DNA of 60,939 bases, the filler included, from Sluysia triapertura (taxonomy: Eukaryota), in the NCBI GenBank assembly GCA_046118255.1. It is 5 parts of 5 records of this genome, joined end to end, with 100 filler letters (N's around TTAATTAATTAA, not from the genome) between each part and the next. Parts side by side here need not be neighbours in the genome. Positions count along the whole stretch, not along the records: positions 1 to 14,522 come from JBJNIA010255964.1; 4 more parts are not named here. One strand, given 5' to 3'. Positions within the stretch are counted from its first letter, which is position 1. The number at the start of each line of letters is the position of its first letter. The translations under genes were made by a program, and so were the position numbers. Under the pieces are notes generated by a model that had not been told where the DNA came from, made no database searches, and was given only the letters and a program-made list of their open reading frames with translations. Positions 1-12,829 of the stretch are shown here, piece after piece.

Positions 1-562
1 ATTGATTCAGAATTTTTTAACATCACCTTGGCTGACATACGAAATCGTCATTTATTTGTATTGCATTATGGGAATAGATTTTAGTTAATTCAATATTTTT
101 TTTATCGAATATAGTATGCTGATGCTTTAAGAAACGTGAAAATTTAAATTTGTAAATTTCGCTCTTCCAAATTTAACAACAGTGGCGATTTGACACAATT
201 TATGATATAATATATTAACTTTAATTTGGATTGATATTTAAAGATTATTTGAGTTTGAAATAAAAATTTGACATAACGAATTTTTAGAAATGCGCAGAAT
301 AATTAATTCGAGTAAATGTTTCCGTCTATATATACAACTATATAAAGTGTTGCATCATTGCATCATTTAACATCCGATATAAGAGAAGTAAACATTTAAT
401 TTTCTTTAAATAATCATGGCACAAGTTTCAGAATAAAATTTTATTACAATAATAATAATAATAATAATGATGATGATTATGATGATTATGATGATGATGT
501 TGCTAATAATAAGAGTTGTTAATTCTGTAATAATTTATTTATATAATTTATTTATTATGTAG

Positions 563-703
563 GACAAGTATTTCATATTGGTCATCAGGAACTGGTGGAG
601 CTGGTGTATTGGGGGCAACTTCATATGTAGCACTAGCGGCTTTGATAAGTCCTCGAAACACCTTGTTATCGGTGACAGTAATACCACTTATTATTTTGAT
701 AAT
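563..703 (+). CDS. CLN3: Battenin (CLN3) internal exon
   Basis: AG at 561-562 and GTTAGT at 704 bracket a 141-nt phase-2/phase-2 exon reading [46 protein letters not shown]. This matches the CLN3 signature [15 protein letters not shown]....SP..TLL. No other CLN3 exon recognised in this contig. Confidence 0.9.
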
Positions 704-1833
704 GTTAGTTGAAATATTAAAATATTTTTATTAGAAAACAAAAATTGATTTATTAGAATTTTATGACGTTTTGAAAGTGCCTTATTTATAGAAATAGTAC
801 TAAGTAGAGAAACAATGCATTAAATTAATCAGAGATATATTGAAGATACTTAAATTTTACAACATTACATTTGAGGAAATAGATTATTTATTTACATGAT
901 TGAAAATCATTCTCAAAACGATTTCTCTTTATAAACGGTTTAATTGTCTTGGTCTTTCTATATAAGCCTGCCTTCTTATAGAGACGTCTTATTTGACGAC
1001 GACGTCTATTATGACAACCCAGAAGGAAAATTTGGAGGCGGTATAACTAATGAATGTTTATTATCTTAAAATGTTTTGGGTGATTAATAACTACCTCTTG
1101 AACTTCTATATGCTGATCGTGAAGATATTGTGGAATCTTTTCTAACGCATATGTAAATTGATGCTTTCCCTTATAAAAAGTGTAAATTTCCTTTACTGGT
1201 GTTCTGCACAAAGGGCAGTTCATATATTATATAATAGTTTAGTGAAAGAGATTAATAATGCATTTAAAATGAAATTTGTGAAAAGAGGGATATGTTTTTA
1301 TGAAATGTTTATGAATGGAATGTTGGCATATTGGGCATCGATGGAAATACATTGACTGAAATAGATATCTTATTTTAAACTGATTAGTTAATGACTTGTC
1401 CAAATAAAGCAATGCAATAACATTACTTTATCAAAATGTAAATCCGAAATTAATTGTAATACATTGAAGAAAAGCATATATAAAAATGTGAATTCAGGTC
1501 ATCCGTCCTCAAAGTGTTAAGATATTTTTAATTAATGTACTAAAATCTACTTTTAACTTGAAATTTATAACTATCCAAGTAATTTTAGTGCACCTTATTA
1601 AGTGACTATTTTTATATTTATTCTATTATTACTTATTTATTCTATTTGGAACACATATTTTATTAAAATTTCAACTGAATTTTGTACCCCAAATATTTCA
1701 ACTATTTGTGCAAATTTTGTATCTGTTTTCATAACTATTGATTTTATTAACAAAGAATATTAATCGCTTAATCTTTTAACACACACTCAAGTTGTTTTGT
1801 TTTCTTTGATAAAAATTAAAATTGATTTTTTAA

Positions 1834-2017
1834 CACGTTGAATACCATGGAGTCACCGGTAACCGGCGAAGCCAAGATTATTAGAAACACAAAATTCGAG
1901 TAAATTTTTAATGCTTTTAAATTTTTTATAATATAATCGTTACTATGCAACATAAACTGAGATATTCATTTTGGCCAGACTGGCAATCCATGTAAAATTA
2001 TCGTGCCATTAAACGTG
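1834..2017. mobile_element. piggyBac-like non-autonomous element (MITE), degenerate
   Basis: TTAA (1830-1833) then CACGTTGAATACCA; the other end reads CACGTTTAATGGCA on the reverse strand and is followed by TTAG. Internal near-palindrome GTCACCGGTAAC. Confidence 0.55.
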
Positions 2018-2428
2018 TTAGATATGTACATTTCGGGAAAAATCGAATTCTAAGATTTTTAAAAATTAAAAATTTGGTATCCATTGATTTCTTCAAATAT
2101 AGATTTGATCAAACATTTATTTAGGAGAATTTTACATCCTTTTATTTAAACTGTTTAAAAACTATTAATAAAAATCCAGATGTATAATTTTACAGAATTA
2201 TGATATTATGTCTAATTGGATTTTGAAATATTCATAATTTTAAACAGTCATTATTAGACGAAATCACAAAATTTTATTAACAAGTCTTTCGAATATAAGT
2301 GAATTTCCAAATTAATTTTCAAATAAATATCAGTTTTAATTAATAAATCGTGGAATAAAGTCATTTATTATTATGCATATTTAGAAAAAAATATTAAATT
2401 TTATATAGCAATATAAATTTGTCAATTA

Positions 2429-2430
<2 letters not shown>

Positions 2431-2480
<50 letters not shown>

Positions 2481-2501
2481 GTTGTTGTTGTTGTTGTTGT
2501 T
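2431..2501. repeat. Compound microsatellite (TTA)n(GTT)n
   Basis: Directly visible. Confidence 0.95.
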
Positions 2502-2744
2502 ATAAATACTATTGCTATTGTTGAAAATAAAATATTAAATTTCAATTAAAATAATAATAATAATATTGAGAAATTTCATTCAATATCCAATTTGGAGTTT
2601 AGCCGGACTTAATTGAAAAAATAATAATAATGATAATAATGATACAATGATAACAATGGTAATAATAAAATATTAATAAAAATAATTAGTTTAAAGGACG
2701 TAAGGCCTTGTTAATAATTCTCGCACATAAATTTAGTATAAAAT

Positions 2745-3310
2745 AAATTTAATTAGCGTATAAATTTAAAAACTGAATTTAACTTTACTTTTTTCTAAAA
2801 TATTTTCAGTAATTTGACATTCTCTGGTAGTACTGGTTGGATATTTTTGAAACATGAACGGTATACAACCTATCACTTAGCTCTTATTATCACTGTGGAT
2901 TATGTATAGATTATTATTATTTTTTATTGTTCCTAAAAGATATTCAGGACTTCCTTAAATTATTGTGATGATTTTGAATTATAGTCTTGCTTTTATTGGC
3001 AACCAATGTAATTCTTTAAGATAAGATGTTATGTTAGATCTTCTTCCCACGTGGAGAATTAATCTTGCTGCTTGATTAATTATTAATTGTAATTTTTTCA
3101 CTTTTCTACATGAAATTGAGTACAATAAACCATTGTTAAAATCTATGTTGTTAGTTATCAATGAATGAACAATAAGTTTAGCTGTTTCTTTATTAATAAA
3201 TTTTCGAATATGTCATATTTTATTTAATTGATATTGATACACTTTTTAACAATACAATTAATATTTTCTTCTCACTTGGACAATCAAAATTTATTTCGAC
3301 CAATAAGTTT
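2745..3310 (-). mobile_element. L2/CR1-clade LINE ORF2 3' fragment
   Basis: ORF 2979-3161 (ITNNIDFNNGLLY...LQLIINQAARLI...ITSYLKELHWLPIKARL) is the typical post-RT C-terminal segment of L2/Crack-like LINEs. Inverted copy of 11538-12070. Confidence 0.88.
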
Positions 3311-3989
3311 TTGAATATTATATTATAATACTTTTTCTTTATATTTTAACATATATGATTTATCTATGATTTTAATATTTATATTTTTTATATTTTAATT
3401 AACTTCTTGCTTATTCATATACATTTTTATTGGTTATGTGTTTTTCACTTCTATTTTACTGAATTCGTTGTTTGCTTCCTACAATTGGCTAATTACTTTT
3501 TTTAAGACAAGTCTATTTTTTGGGATCTAAAAGCTATTACCTTTCAATAATTAATAAATTATTTTACATTTATAAATTTTAATTATTTAATTATTTATTT
3601 ATTTCATTGGTTTTTTGCTAATTTATGGATTTTGAGTTATTTATTGAGCGAACCAATATATTATCCATATCTGAAACAAATCCAAGTATTTATCGATAAA
3701 AGACTTTTTCAGATATTCTATCTACCAATAATATTCTCTCCAACTGTAATACGATTATTTATTTATTAATTATTAATATAATGGGAAAAATTAATAATAA
3801 TTATAATAATAAGGAATATTTTAGTTTCTAATTATAATCAATAAAAGTAATCAATAAAAAAAATCGATAATGAACAAATTTATTTTTCAAAGTAGTATTG
3901 ACATATAAAAAAGTTTAATTTATTTAAGTAATTTTTAATTTTTGAAAAAATATTATTATTCAAATTATGTATTTTTTGATATATTTAAA

Positions 3990-4285
3990 TGCAAATAATT
4001 CTGTAAATTTTATTTTGGAAATAAATACTTGAAAATCAATGAAGAAAAGTCAGAATTTATAATCTTGAGTAATAAAAATAGCCCAAATACCAAAATAAAT
4101 GAAACTAAAAGAAAATAAATGCGAAATAAAGGCTGTTATATGGATTGAAAAATGAACATGGAAGAAAATATTAATTGTATTGTTAAAAAGTGTAAATATC
4201 AATTAAATAAAATAGTACATATTCATTCGAAAATTTATTAATAAAGAAACAGCTAAACTTATTGTTCATTCATTGATAATTAGCA
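3990..4285 (+). mobile_element. L2/CR1-clade LINE RT fragment (same family)
   Basis: Close to 11395-11670 (FGNKYLKINEEKS.FII; MNMEENINCIVKKCKYQ). Weak APE-endonuclease-like NILSISET upstream at ~3655-3680. Confidence 0.85.
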
Positions 4286-5087
4286 AAAGAGGATAAAATA
4301 CAATTAATAATATAAATATAAATATAAATATATTATTATATAAATATAAATTTATTATTATTATTATTTTAAATTTGAATTTAAGAAAAATATAAAATAT
4401 AATAATAAAATATAAAAAAAATATAAAATTAATTTATTAATTAAAATGGGTATTCCAAAAGAAATCAAAATTGAGCATTAAAAGAAAGTATTTCAAAAAC
4501 TAAATTTAATATACTTTTTATATGTTAAAATTAATTTATTTTTTTCGTATTCGTCATAAGATTTCTGAAATCAAAAGAAATCATCTTTTAACATTTCCAA
4601 TGATTTGACATTTTCGATTTTATAAATTATTTTATCATAAATTATGATATTCATTTTGGATAGTCTATTCATGTAAATATCATTACGATTTTGTAATATG
4701 CTTTTGCTTTATTGGTAACCAATATAATTTTTAACGGGTCAAAATATTTTAATGTATGCAATGCATTTATAATCTAATTTTCAGTATCTGTAATTATGTA
4801 TATACAAAGTTAACAAAATACACATGTTTGATTTTGCAAATCTTTTATTTTAACTAAAACCAACTTCTTCCTGAAACTGGAACGTGTTCAGTTGAAAATA
4901 CAATTTAATGAAAACAGTGATAAATATTTGACTGATTTTAATAGGTTAAAATAATTACGAATTGAAATGTTTCTAAGAAATTCAATTTTTAAATTTTTAA
5001 TCAATTAATTTTTATAATCATTATTATGCAATTTTTCAAGCTTAATTTTCCATATATAATGTATAATATTTGTAATTTATTATATAT

Positions 5088-5130
5088 TATTGAATGTACT
5101 TATTGAATGTACTTATTGAATGTACTTATT
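5088..5130. repeat. 13-bp tandem repeat TATTGAATGTACT x3
   Basis: Three perfect units visible. Confidence 0.9.
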
Positions 5131-5528
5131 ATTATAATATTTCTAAAATAGAAATAATTTGTTAGCTGTTTAAATATTCTACAATTTTCTCTGGTAACTC
5201 GTTGTACCTTATTATCATCATTATTATTAGAATTTACGGCCTTGATTTTAAATTCTACTTTTGCTTTTATTGATAATAATCAAATAAATATATGCTTTTA
5301 AACATTTGAAGTTCAATATTTAGGATTAGACTGTTGCCATAGATTATACTATAGAATATAATCTTCTTCAATATTACTCTGTATCTATAGTGACACCGTG
5401 ACTGAATGTTACTATTACCGTTACTACTATTACTTCTAATATTTATTATTATTAATATTATTATTATTATGTTATTATTTGAAATTGTCATTTTTGCAAA
5501 ATGAAAACTGGTTTCTAATAATAGAAAA

Positions 5529-5590
5529 AGAATTTTCTAGAATGATCTAGAACATTCTAAAATTATATTGGCTGTTAGCGTATATAAATA
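5529..5590 (+). promoter_or_regulatory. Heat-shock element + CCAAT + TATA module
   Basis: aGAAt tTTCt aGAAt gATCt aGAAc aTTCt (5 of 6 alternating nGAAn units, 5529-5558), ATTGG at 5567, TATATAAATA at 5581. Confidence 0.6.
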
Positions 5591-7659
5591 GCTACAGTTG
5601 AATCACAAAGCCGTCATTATTTTCAGCTATAATTTTACTTTCACAATCTCAGCAATTTTGATTTTCATTACTTTGAAGGGTTCTAGTTTCATCAATATCA
5701 ATTCCATCTGGAGAAGTGCTAATCATATTATTCTGAAAGTGTCAATCTGACTCCATTTTATTTATTCTAATTTCCAATTCCATGAGATGCTTAATTTATA
5801 TTTTCCCGATTTACTGAGAAGTAAACTCAGTTTTAAAATTTGTTATTATTAAAAATTAATGACACTGATATTATTTTAATGTTAAATTTAATTTTATTGC
5901 TCTATTTGATTTTCTAATAATTGTTTCTTACTTATTTGTATTGCTTATGATAAAAATTGTGTTAAATTCCATTGTTTGATTTATTTTGTAAAATTTTGAA
6001 TTTGTAATTTATAAAAGATTAAGACCTTCTAAGAATAATTATTACAAGAACAAATGCCAAGTTAAATTGCATAAGTAATTTAACATATTCAGTTAAAGAA
6101 AATTTAAGTTAAGAATAGTTACGGGAACACTCATTCTGTAGTCTTAAAAATTCTATAAGTTTAAGTAATATTTTGTAACTCGTCTAAATAAGAAGTTTAA
6201 CTTAAAAGAAACAAATAAATAATTTTTCGAATGTTTTGCCAATGATTTTAGGAATAATTAATTTCTTCTCCGTAAATTGACTATTGTAAATTGTCACTTG
6301 TCTATATATAGCATTTATACTAATTTAATTTTTCATTTATTAATTTCTTTATGTTCAACTTCAACTATGAGTGAATGAAATTTTCATTTTCTATTTATAC
6401 AAATTTGTCGATTGATAGCCATATTATTTATTTTTATTATGGCAAAACAAATTATTATAATTTAATTTTTTTAATGAACATATATTTAATAATTTAATTT
6501 TAATTCAATAGTAAAATATAAATTTAATAATTTTATAATTTTTAATTTTGAATAAATAATATAATAATAAAATATAATAATGTAATAAAACCGTATATTA
6601 AATAAGATTTTAAATTACATTAGTAAAATTCCAATTTGTAAATCAATGTAAACCAAGATATCTTAAATAACATTATGTTCAATTTGATTGATATTGGTTT
6701 CAGAACTTTTATTAAAGTCTTTTTCAACATTAGTTGTCGATCACGCAGTTTCAATTTCCAGTAACGATTTGTGTTATTAATTTCATTTGATAATTTTTAC
6801 AATTATTTGCTAATGTTTTATCTAGATTATCCACATTTCACATCGCAACTTCTTTATTACTTGAAGCTGAATATGAACTGTTTTCATTAGATAATTGTCA
6901 TGAGAATAATCGATAAATTCGTAAAGATTATACATCTATTCTATAACAAATGAAATTTTTTAAGATCTAAAACTAATATAAATTAGAAAAACTTAGAACA
7001 AATATAGTAATAATTAATAAATTAAAATTTATTCATTTAATAATAAAATTAGTGTTAAAAATTAAATAAAATCATTAAAATTTGTTGAATTTAATAATAG
7101 ATTTAATATTAAATAATTAATAACGATGATGGATAAAAAATTATGAATTTATCATTTATTGTTTATTAATTTATTTTTTTTTCATTACAATGATGAATTA
7201 AGCTTTTGAATCACCACAAATGTTAATAGAATATAATATTTAGGTTAAAGTTTCCAATTATAAATGTACAGTTGAATAAAATATTGTAAGAATGAGCTCA
7301 GTGTTAGAGGAACTAACTACTTAGTTCGATGCAGAGTCAGTCCGCCTTTGCAGTTTAATAGCTAGAATGAAATTTGATGTATTTATAATAATGAGATTAG
7401 TTCGAAAATGCATTCTCCACGAAATAGTTAAATAAATATAACTTCCATTAAATATATTAGCATCATTTATGCAACTTGATTGTATTTTTCTATTTTCAGA
7501 TTATCTTTGCACTTAAATTGGTTTATTATTTTATTTAATGTCAACAATAATTAATATTATCATATCCTTCTAAAATATTTACTTAAATCTAATAAACAAT
7601 GTTAAAAAATTAATTAAATCTTAATATATTATTAAATAACAAAGAAGTTTTATTTATTC

Positions 7660-7871
7660 ATGATCTCATTTAACCTTCAAATTTTCATGCATTACTGCGT
7701 TTGGAGCTTGTCATTAACAGAAACTCTATTTATGATTTGAAAACGAGTTTTGGAAGAGCTTGGAACAATTTCTCGCAAGTTACCATTCAAAACGCTACAC
7801 AAACCTGGATTTCAAGGTTAAGTCGATGCTCTGAAGTGCACGGACAACATTTTGAGCATCTACGAGTGTAA
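7660..7871 (+). mobile_element. Tc1/mariner-superfamily transposase C-terminal remnant
   Basis: Translates ...NSIYDLKTSFGRAWNNFSQVTIQNATQTWISRLSRCSEVHGQHFEHLRV*, the W...RL..C....G.HFE terminus of Tc1/mariner transposases. Decayed DL.P.NF motif upstream. Confidence 0.8.
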
Positions 7872-10800
7872 TATAACATATACCTTTTATAAAAGCTTTT
7901 TAAAATTTATTCTTTGTAAAAATAAATATCTGTTTGACCAATTATTATCATTATTATTACTATTACATAAAATTATTATATTGAACGTTTAAAATAAATA
8001 TGCAAAAGAAAGATATAACAAACGAAATCAGTACAGAAATAAATGTCAAATTTCTTTAAAAATTATCAAATAAATAAAATACAAAAAATTTATATATTTT
8101 ATTGATACTTAACTACAAATATCGTTCATAAAGCTGATAATCAAAATTTATAGAAATTGAAAGATTGCCAAATCTTTGGATATGGTCTTATTCCATTTAT
8201 TTATTTTTTACTAGAAACCGCTGGAGAGAAAGAAAATTTTATTCAGAGCATTCGAATTTAATTCTATTGTTGTTGCAATGACAAGATTAAGTTGTTATTG
8301 GTTTTAGACTTGATTGAGCCTTATGTTTCAGTTTGTTGTAGTCACTCAATTTGAGCAATGTAAGATCAACCGTTTGTCTTGTAATTGGACTTAAATTTTC
8401 CACATCCATCATTTCATTTCAGATCTTACAAATTCTTTGTTCTTTTAGTTGCTGTAAAACGTTTTCAAAATGATAGTTACCTTTTTTTGAAAAAAATCGA
8501 ATTCATACACACATATTTCTGAATATTATCGATGAAATACTTAATAAATAAACTAAACTAAATTAATTTATAATTTATTTTCATTTTAAGTACCACTAGT
8601 AGTACTGAAATAAGAAGTAAGCAAATGAAATTATCAGACAATATTGACATTGTTTCTAAAAACAAAGATCCAATAAATTCCGGAATTGCGTCGAGACTTA
8701 TCATATAAAAGAATAATATGAAAAAAGAATAATGAAGGAAATTAACAATTTTTTCTATGAGTTCAAAACTTTTAAAAAGATTTAGAAAATATATTAAGTC
8801 GATTTTGTACTACTTAAAATTATAATTTTAGAAAATGAATATGTTTTATAAAGTTTATAATTTTATATTACAATATTAATAATAATAATAATAATGATAC
8901 ATTATTATATCTTATTATTATTATTTCTCGAATATCTTACCTAAAGCTGTAATTTTTTATTTTAATGTTTTAGTTTGCTTAAATAATGCAACAAAATGCA
9001 ATAAATTAATTATTGGATTACAATTTCATTTATTTGAAACTTTTCTATTAAAATTTATTTAAGCAATTTGTAAATATTTTTGAAATTTATCATTAATTGA
9101 CGGAAAAACATTTTGTGTCAGTGACAGTTTTAAATTAGGTCAATTTAAATTTATTTTAACGTTTATTTTGTTCAATATTTATTTAACATTTTACAGTGTT
9201 AGTAAAAAAATATTCATTTTTTGTGATATCTTAACGTAAACAACGAAAAACTTTATATATTACAATAAACTTAGAGATAGCTTTAAGGTTTTTAGAAAAA
9301 TTATGGGACCAAACTTAATAAACTTTATTCAACTTTTTAATTGAGACATTCATTACAGTGACGATAGGTAACAAGCAAAGAAGGGTTAGAAAAGTGTGTG
9401 ATTTATTTTATGTTATTACGATTATAAGAGACATTATGATCGAGGAAATGATGTTATTGATGATGATATGAATATGTGAGAATTTAAGATATAATGTTGT
9501 ATGTTTGAATGCATGAATAAATATAAATTATAATAAAGATAACAATAATTATCAATTGTAAAATAATAAATATCAATAAAACATCAAATGTTTTAATAAT
9601 ATTTCATGATTGAAATTCGAAAAAGGAATAAATTATAAGAATTATTATTATTTATTATTTATAATGTAATAGACTATTAGAAAACACGAATAGCTTTTCA
9701 AATATTATTCTGTTTCCTTTGATAATGCTATTTTACAATATTTATTATTATAAATTAGTTTAATTTATATTTCGATTTAATAAATGTAATAAAACCGAAG
9801 AATAATAAAAAACAATAAATAAAAAACAATAAATAAAAATTACATTTGACATATGAAAGATCTTTATGCTTAATGATTTGGAAATATTGTATAAATTTAT
9901 TGTATAAATTTATTATTGTATAAAATTTAACAATAATATTTAAAATAATATTAAATCAAACTTGAAGTAATATATAATTATTTTTTATAACACGGTTTGG
10001 CAGATAAATAAGATTTAGTTAGAAAGAAGCCTTGGATGAAGAAATCATAGTACAGGTCTGATAGCAATCTACTGGGAGATTAGAAATAGAAATGGAATTT
10101 GAACAAATATTTATTTTCGTATTGGAATACTATAAGAAAAAAACAAATATAAATGTAGATTCTAGGACATAAAATTTTGAGTTACATTAATATAAGACTA
10201 TTTTTATTTTTTTTGGAAAAGCGTCAGCTAAAAAATTAAATAAATAAATCAAATTTCTTATATGTAAATAGAATAATAAATCAATTATATTTGACGTAAA
10301 TTTGATCGTACAAATAATATTAATTTCTTAATTATATTTTTCAAAATTATTATGGATTACGCAAATAAATAAAGTATATAAAAATATACGGTTTCAAATG
10401 TCAAATCAACTATTAACGTTTATTTCATATTTTGTGTGCCTTTAGAATAAAATGGTTTAATTAATGAATCATCACAATTTGAATTAATTGACATATTTGA
10501 ATTTTTATATTTCTAATAGAAACTACACTGAAATTATTTATATTATATTAAACAATAGAACAGTTTTAAAATAGCAATAAAATATATGTTAATAATAAAA
10601 TCATTAAAATATTAAATTTAATTTGCGTGTTGTGTTCATTATACATAGAAAGAAAATAAATATAAAATCAAATCATTTAAAAATTCATTTATTTGTGTGA
10701 GACCAATCTGAAGCACAATTTTCTTAACTTTGTTAGATTATTGTTCAGAAAAAGGAAAAATCGATAAATTGAAGATTGTTTCAATTGAAGAACATTTCAA

Positions 10801-11369
10801 TTTATGATAATATTGAAAATTGTCATATTAATTAAAATAATAAATAAATTAATTAAATAATTAAAATATTGAACGAATTTATGTGGAGAATAAGATATAA
10901 TAATGACAATATTTTTTGAACATTGATTTTATATACATTGAACATTGATTTTGTATTTCAGAATGGAATATCTATTTAAAATATATGATTATATAATTGA
11001 AGTATCATTAATTATATTTTATATTTTAGTATTTTGTATTTAACTAATTTATTGAATATTTTAATTAATTTATTAATTTAACATTTATTTAATTATTATT
11101 TTAATTAACTATTATTATTTAATTAATTTAATTGGCCCTCTTGAATCATGAATTGATAAATTAAAGACTTAAGAGGTTTTAATTGTAAACTGTTTATTCT
11201 TTTTATAATATCTATTCTTTTCATCTTGTTTACATCATTCCTTAATTATATTCATTTTGTAACATGCCTTAAATATCGTTTTTATGAATTGTTTGGATTA
11301 CGTTAATTGCGAATTAATAAAGAACCATAAACTTAAATTTAAAAATTATGAATTTAAGTAACTAGTACA

Positions 11370-12180
11370 ACTACTATCTGAATTGATAAAATAGTTTGGA
11401 AATAAATATTTGAAAATCAATGAAGAAAAGTCAAAATTTATAATCTTTAGTAATAAAAATAGCGACAATACTAAAATAAATAAAACAAAGATGCGAAAGT
11501 AAAAGTACGAAATATAGTTTGTTACCTGGATTCAAAAATGAACATGGAAGAAAATATTAATTGTATTGTTAAAAAGTGTAAATATCAATTCAATAAAATA
11601 TCACATATTCGAAAATTTATTAATAAAGAAACAGCTAAACTTATTGTTCACTCATTGATAACTAGCAACATAGATTTTAACAATGGTTTCTTGTACTCAA
11701 TTTCAGATAGAAATGTGAAAAAATTACAATTAATAATTAATCAAGCAGCAAAACTAATTCTCCAAGTTAGAAGAAGATCTCATATAACACCCTATCTTAA
11801 AGAATTATAAAGTTGCCAGTAAAAGCAAGAATAGAATTTAAAATCAGTACAATAATTTACAAATGCTTGCATTACGGAAGTCCTGAATATCTTTTAGAAA
11901 TAATACGAAAATTGGATAGCAAGATGAATATTTCGTTGAGACATAATAATAATCTATACAGAATCCACAGTGATAACATACTAGGTGATAGGTTGCATAC
12001 TTTTATGTCGCAAAAATATACAAGAGAATGTCAAAGTGCTGGAAGATTATGAAATATTTAAGAAAAAAGCAAAGTTCTTTCTGTTTCAGAAATATTATGA
12101 TGAATTATTTACCTTAAAAGCTTTTGGAACTTAATTTTAGTAGATATGAGCGCAATATAAATTAATATATTATTATTATT
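11370..12180 (+). mobile_element. 5'-truncated L2/CR1-clade LINE with 3' tail
   Basis: ORFs 11538-11810 and 11813-12052 are broken pieces of ORF2 (HITPYLKEL..LPVKARIEFKI). Ends in GAGCGCAATATAAATT...(ATT)n, an L2-type terminus. Confidence 0.9.
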
Positions 12181-12829
12181 AAATCAGTGTTTTATTATTT
12201 TAATAAATCTATAAATTTTCCAAGTCTCGTAATATCATCGTTTCATTATTTTAATAAAATTATAAACAAAAAGAATTAAAGAAAACTTTATTAAAATCCA
12301 TCCTTAAAGATCTTGTTACTCGTAAACTGTTGTAAAATTAATTAATTAATAAAAACATCTGAACAAGCAAAAATATAACTTTATAAATTTTCATTCGATT
12401 CTTGTAATATGGATCGCAGATCACGGTCGTAATCTAATTAAACTATAATACTATTTGAAAATTTTCGGTTCTTGTGTAGATCCTGTTTAAAGAGGATCGA
12501 ATATAAAATCCTTTATATTTTAACCTCGCTTTAAAGTGACTCAACTGCAAAAGTATAAAAATTCTATAATCTCGCTATAAAAGCAGAAATCGAATCCGAA
12601 TTACAGCTATACAATAGCCCACCTAGCATTTAAATAATTGTAAATTTAACACAACCATTAAGAAAAATAGAATTCGATTTGATATAATTTTAATCAATCG
12701 ACCTCCAATAATTTATTTTAAGGTACTTTTTCCAAACTTAAAATAATACGAACTAGCTCTTTGGTCATAGGCAGACTGATATGTGAAGTAACAAGTTCTT
12801 AAGATAAATCTTAAGATAAAATTTTATTG

